From an uncultured Gammaproteobacteria bacterium (GTDB taxonomy: Bacteria > Patescibacteriota > Microgenomatia > JALYQM01), in contig CAZGHS010000009.1 in assembly GCA_964525495.1 (NCBI GenBank), forward strand, positions 1 to 54,910: a DNA stretch of 54,910 nt. Direction: 5' to 3'. The notes under the pieces were generated by a model. The model was not told the origin of the DNA, did not search any database, and worked only from the letters and a program-made list of their open reading frames with translations. Positions 53,468-54,910 of the stretch are shown here, one piece after another (the stretch's first letter is position 1; every line of letters starts with the position of its first letter). Position numbers and translations under genes: made by a program.

Positions 53468-53618
53468 TTGTAGTGTCACCACCTTTCATAAAATGAGTTT
53501 CCTACTTGCTATTGTTTTGAGCTAATTTGTGCTCGACTAAAAAGTACTATACGCATGAATTTCGAGAGATGCAAGAGGATAAATTGTAAGATATAATTAA
53601 GTATACAGTATTCCGATT

Positions 53619-54722
53619 ATGTTGATGAGGTTTTATATGAATGATGAACAATATTTTTATGATATCTATAAAAAGGCGGCTTATGAAATTGTTGACGAAG
53701 TAAAAAAATATCAGGAGCATATGATTCCTACATTTCCTTCGCATGATTCATTGCGACAGGAGACTGTTCGATTTGTTGTCGATGGCGGTAAACGATTTCG
53801 TCCTACGTTGTCGTATCTGGTTGCAAAACATTATGGCTACGAAGAAATTTATCCCCATATTGCTTTAGAAACATTTCACAAATATTTATTAACGCATGAT
53901 GACATTATCGATAGGGATAGAGTTCGCTATTCGATGCCAACTGTTCATGCCAAATTGGAGGAAATTTTGGATGGAGAAATGGCTTCGGTAGGAGATAAAA
54001 ATATTGATGAAACTAAGAAAATTCATTTTGGTAATTCGCTTGGTATTATTGCTGGTGATTTGATGGAAGCGGTGACATATAAGATAATTTTTTCGTCGAA
54101 TCTTTCGTCGGAAACAAAGGTTGAACTTGGACAATTGGTAGTCAAAGCTGTGGAAGAGGTTGTGTGGGGCTGGTACGACCAATTTTTAATGGATTATTTG
54201 CCGCTGTCCTCGGATGCTCTATCCTATGAACGAATTGAAAAGTCTATTATTTGGGTGACTGGCAAATACACGATGAGTTTTCCTTTTCGCTATGGCTTTG
54301 CAATTGGTGGAGTAGGAATGCCGGATGGAATGGAGCATTTGGCCGACGATCTGGGTGTGTTGTTTCAAACAGGGGATGATTTGATTGGGATATTTGGTGA
54401 CCCTGAAGCGACGGGCAAGTCTAATTATGGTGATATCGTGCAGGGTAAAAAAACAATTCCTCTGTATCTGACTTATCAGAGTGCGAATGCGGAAGATAAG
54501 CTGATGCTAGAGTATTTAATTGGGAAACCGGATTTGACTGCTAAAGAAGCCGAAGTTGTACGAGAGATTGTAAAGCGGTCTGGTGGTTTTGAGAAAACAA
54601 AGAGGTTGATGTGTGAGTATCGCGATGCGTGTCTTGAGCAGATTGATAAGATTGCAATTCCTTCTGAGTTACGGAAGTTTTTGCGAGGATTTGCGATATA
54701 TTTGGAGAAGAGAAATTTCTAA
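53619..54722 (+). CDS. polyprenyl diphosphate synthase (trans-isoprenyl diphosphate synthase family)
   Basis: 367 aa. The first Asp-rich motif is LLTHDDIIDRD and the second is FQTGDDLIGIFGD, with KGKSNYGDI downstream. The start may instead be ATG 53637. Confidence 0.85.
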   Translation: MLMRFYMNDEQYFYDIYKKAAYEIVDEVKKYQEHMIPTFPSHDSLRQETVRFVVDGGKRFRPTLSYLVAKHYGYEEIYPHIALETFHKYLLTHDDIIDRDRVRYSMPTVHAKLEEILDGEMASVGDKNIDETKKIHFGNSLGIIAGDLMEAVTYKIIFSSNLSSETKVELGQLVVKAVEEVVWGWYDQFLMDYLPLSSDALSYERIEKSIIWVTGKYTMSFPFRYGFAIGGVGMPDGMEHLADDLGVLFQTGDDLIGIFGDPEATGKSNYGDIVQGKKTIPLYLTYQSANAEDKLMLEYLIGKPDLTAKEAEVVREIVKRSGGFEKTKRLMCEYRDACLEQIDKIAIPSELRKFLRGFAIYLEKRNF

Positions 54723-54910
54723 TATATTTCGTATATTCCTTATTCTGGCTTGAACAAGCTCATGGCAGTATAAACATACAGTCCACCTGCAAAATGACTT
54801 TATTTAAATGTAAACACTACCCTTGCTCGTTTTAGCATCAGTTCAGATGCTAAGTTACTCGCTCGGCGGAAGTTCTCGCGGGCGAATAATGAATATACTT
54901 CGATATCTTT

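Noticed and set aside
1-54910. Alternative genetic code (UGA recoded as Gly/Trp, as in some CPR lineages), CRISPR arrays, transposases or integrases, and rRNA genes.
   Set aside because: TGA ends well-defined genes (the PBP gene at 924-926 and DUF2130 at 12318-12320) with sensible downstream gene spacing, and long conserved proteins are intact under code 11. I saw no repeat-spacer arrays and no DDE, tyrosine or serine recombinase motifs in any ORF. No rRNA-like conserved strings were seen.

Overview
54.9-kb chromosomal segment of a low-GC bacterium that uses the standard genetic code. TGA clearly terminates ORFs, for example at 924-926 and 12318-12320. The gene content suggests a Candidate Phyla Radiation (Patescibacteria)-type genome, but this placement is inference only. 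The grounds are compact HrcA (243 aa), TruB-like (244 aa) and SufD-like (190 aa) proteins, many GT-C/GT4/GT2 glycosyltransferases, several Pro/Thr-rich surface proteins, and almost no metabolic genes.

Layout:
- 0-7.4 kb: housekeeping and envelope genes (DD-carboxypeptidase, gltX, tRNA-Gln, two HAD hydrolases, PT-rich lipoproteins, a PIG-V-like GT-C enzyme).
- 7.4-13.1 kb: an accessory-looking stretch with visibly higher GC. It holds small SD-led ORFs, a repeat-rich beta-helix-like membrane protein, a DUF2130-like protein and long non-coding gaps.
- 13.1-15.8 kb: truB-like, epmA, efp.
- 16.0-24.9 kb: a three-gene exopolysaccharide-like module. It comprises a 1390-aa secreted dehydrogenase-PKD-4xPA14 protein, a Ppm1-like/processive GT2 fusion, and a GT-C/GH8 fusion.
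- 25.0-26.6 kb: cytoplasmic PAS histidine kinase plus a stand-alone receiver.
- 26.7-31.6 kb: MerR-type regulator divergent from hrcA-grpE-dnaK-(49-aa ORF)-dnaJ, with a CIRCE-like operator.
- 32.9-37.8 kb: suf-type Fe-S genes. These are interrupted by a heptad-repeat protein and by a ~0.8-0.9 kb GC-rich, helix-dense non-coding element between sufS and sufU. This element is my top candidate for something undescribed.
- 37.8-51.2 kb: an 11-gene, tightly coupled surface-glycan operon.
- 51.2-54.9 kb: trxB, a small basic protein and a polyprenyl diphosphate synthase.

I saw no transposase, integrase, CRISPR array or rRNA.
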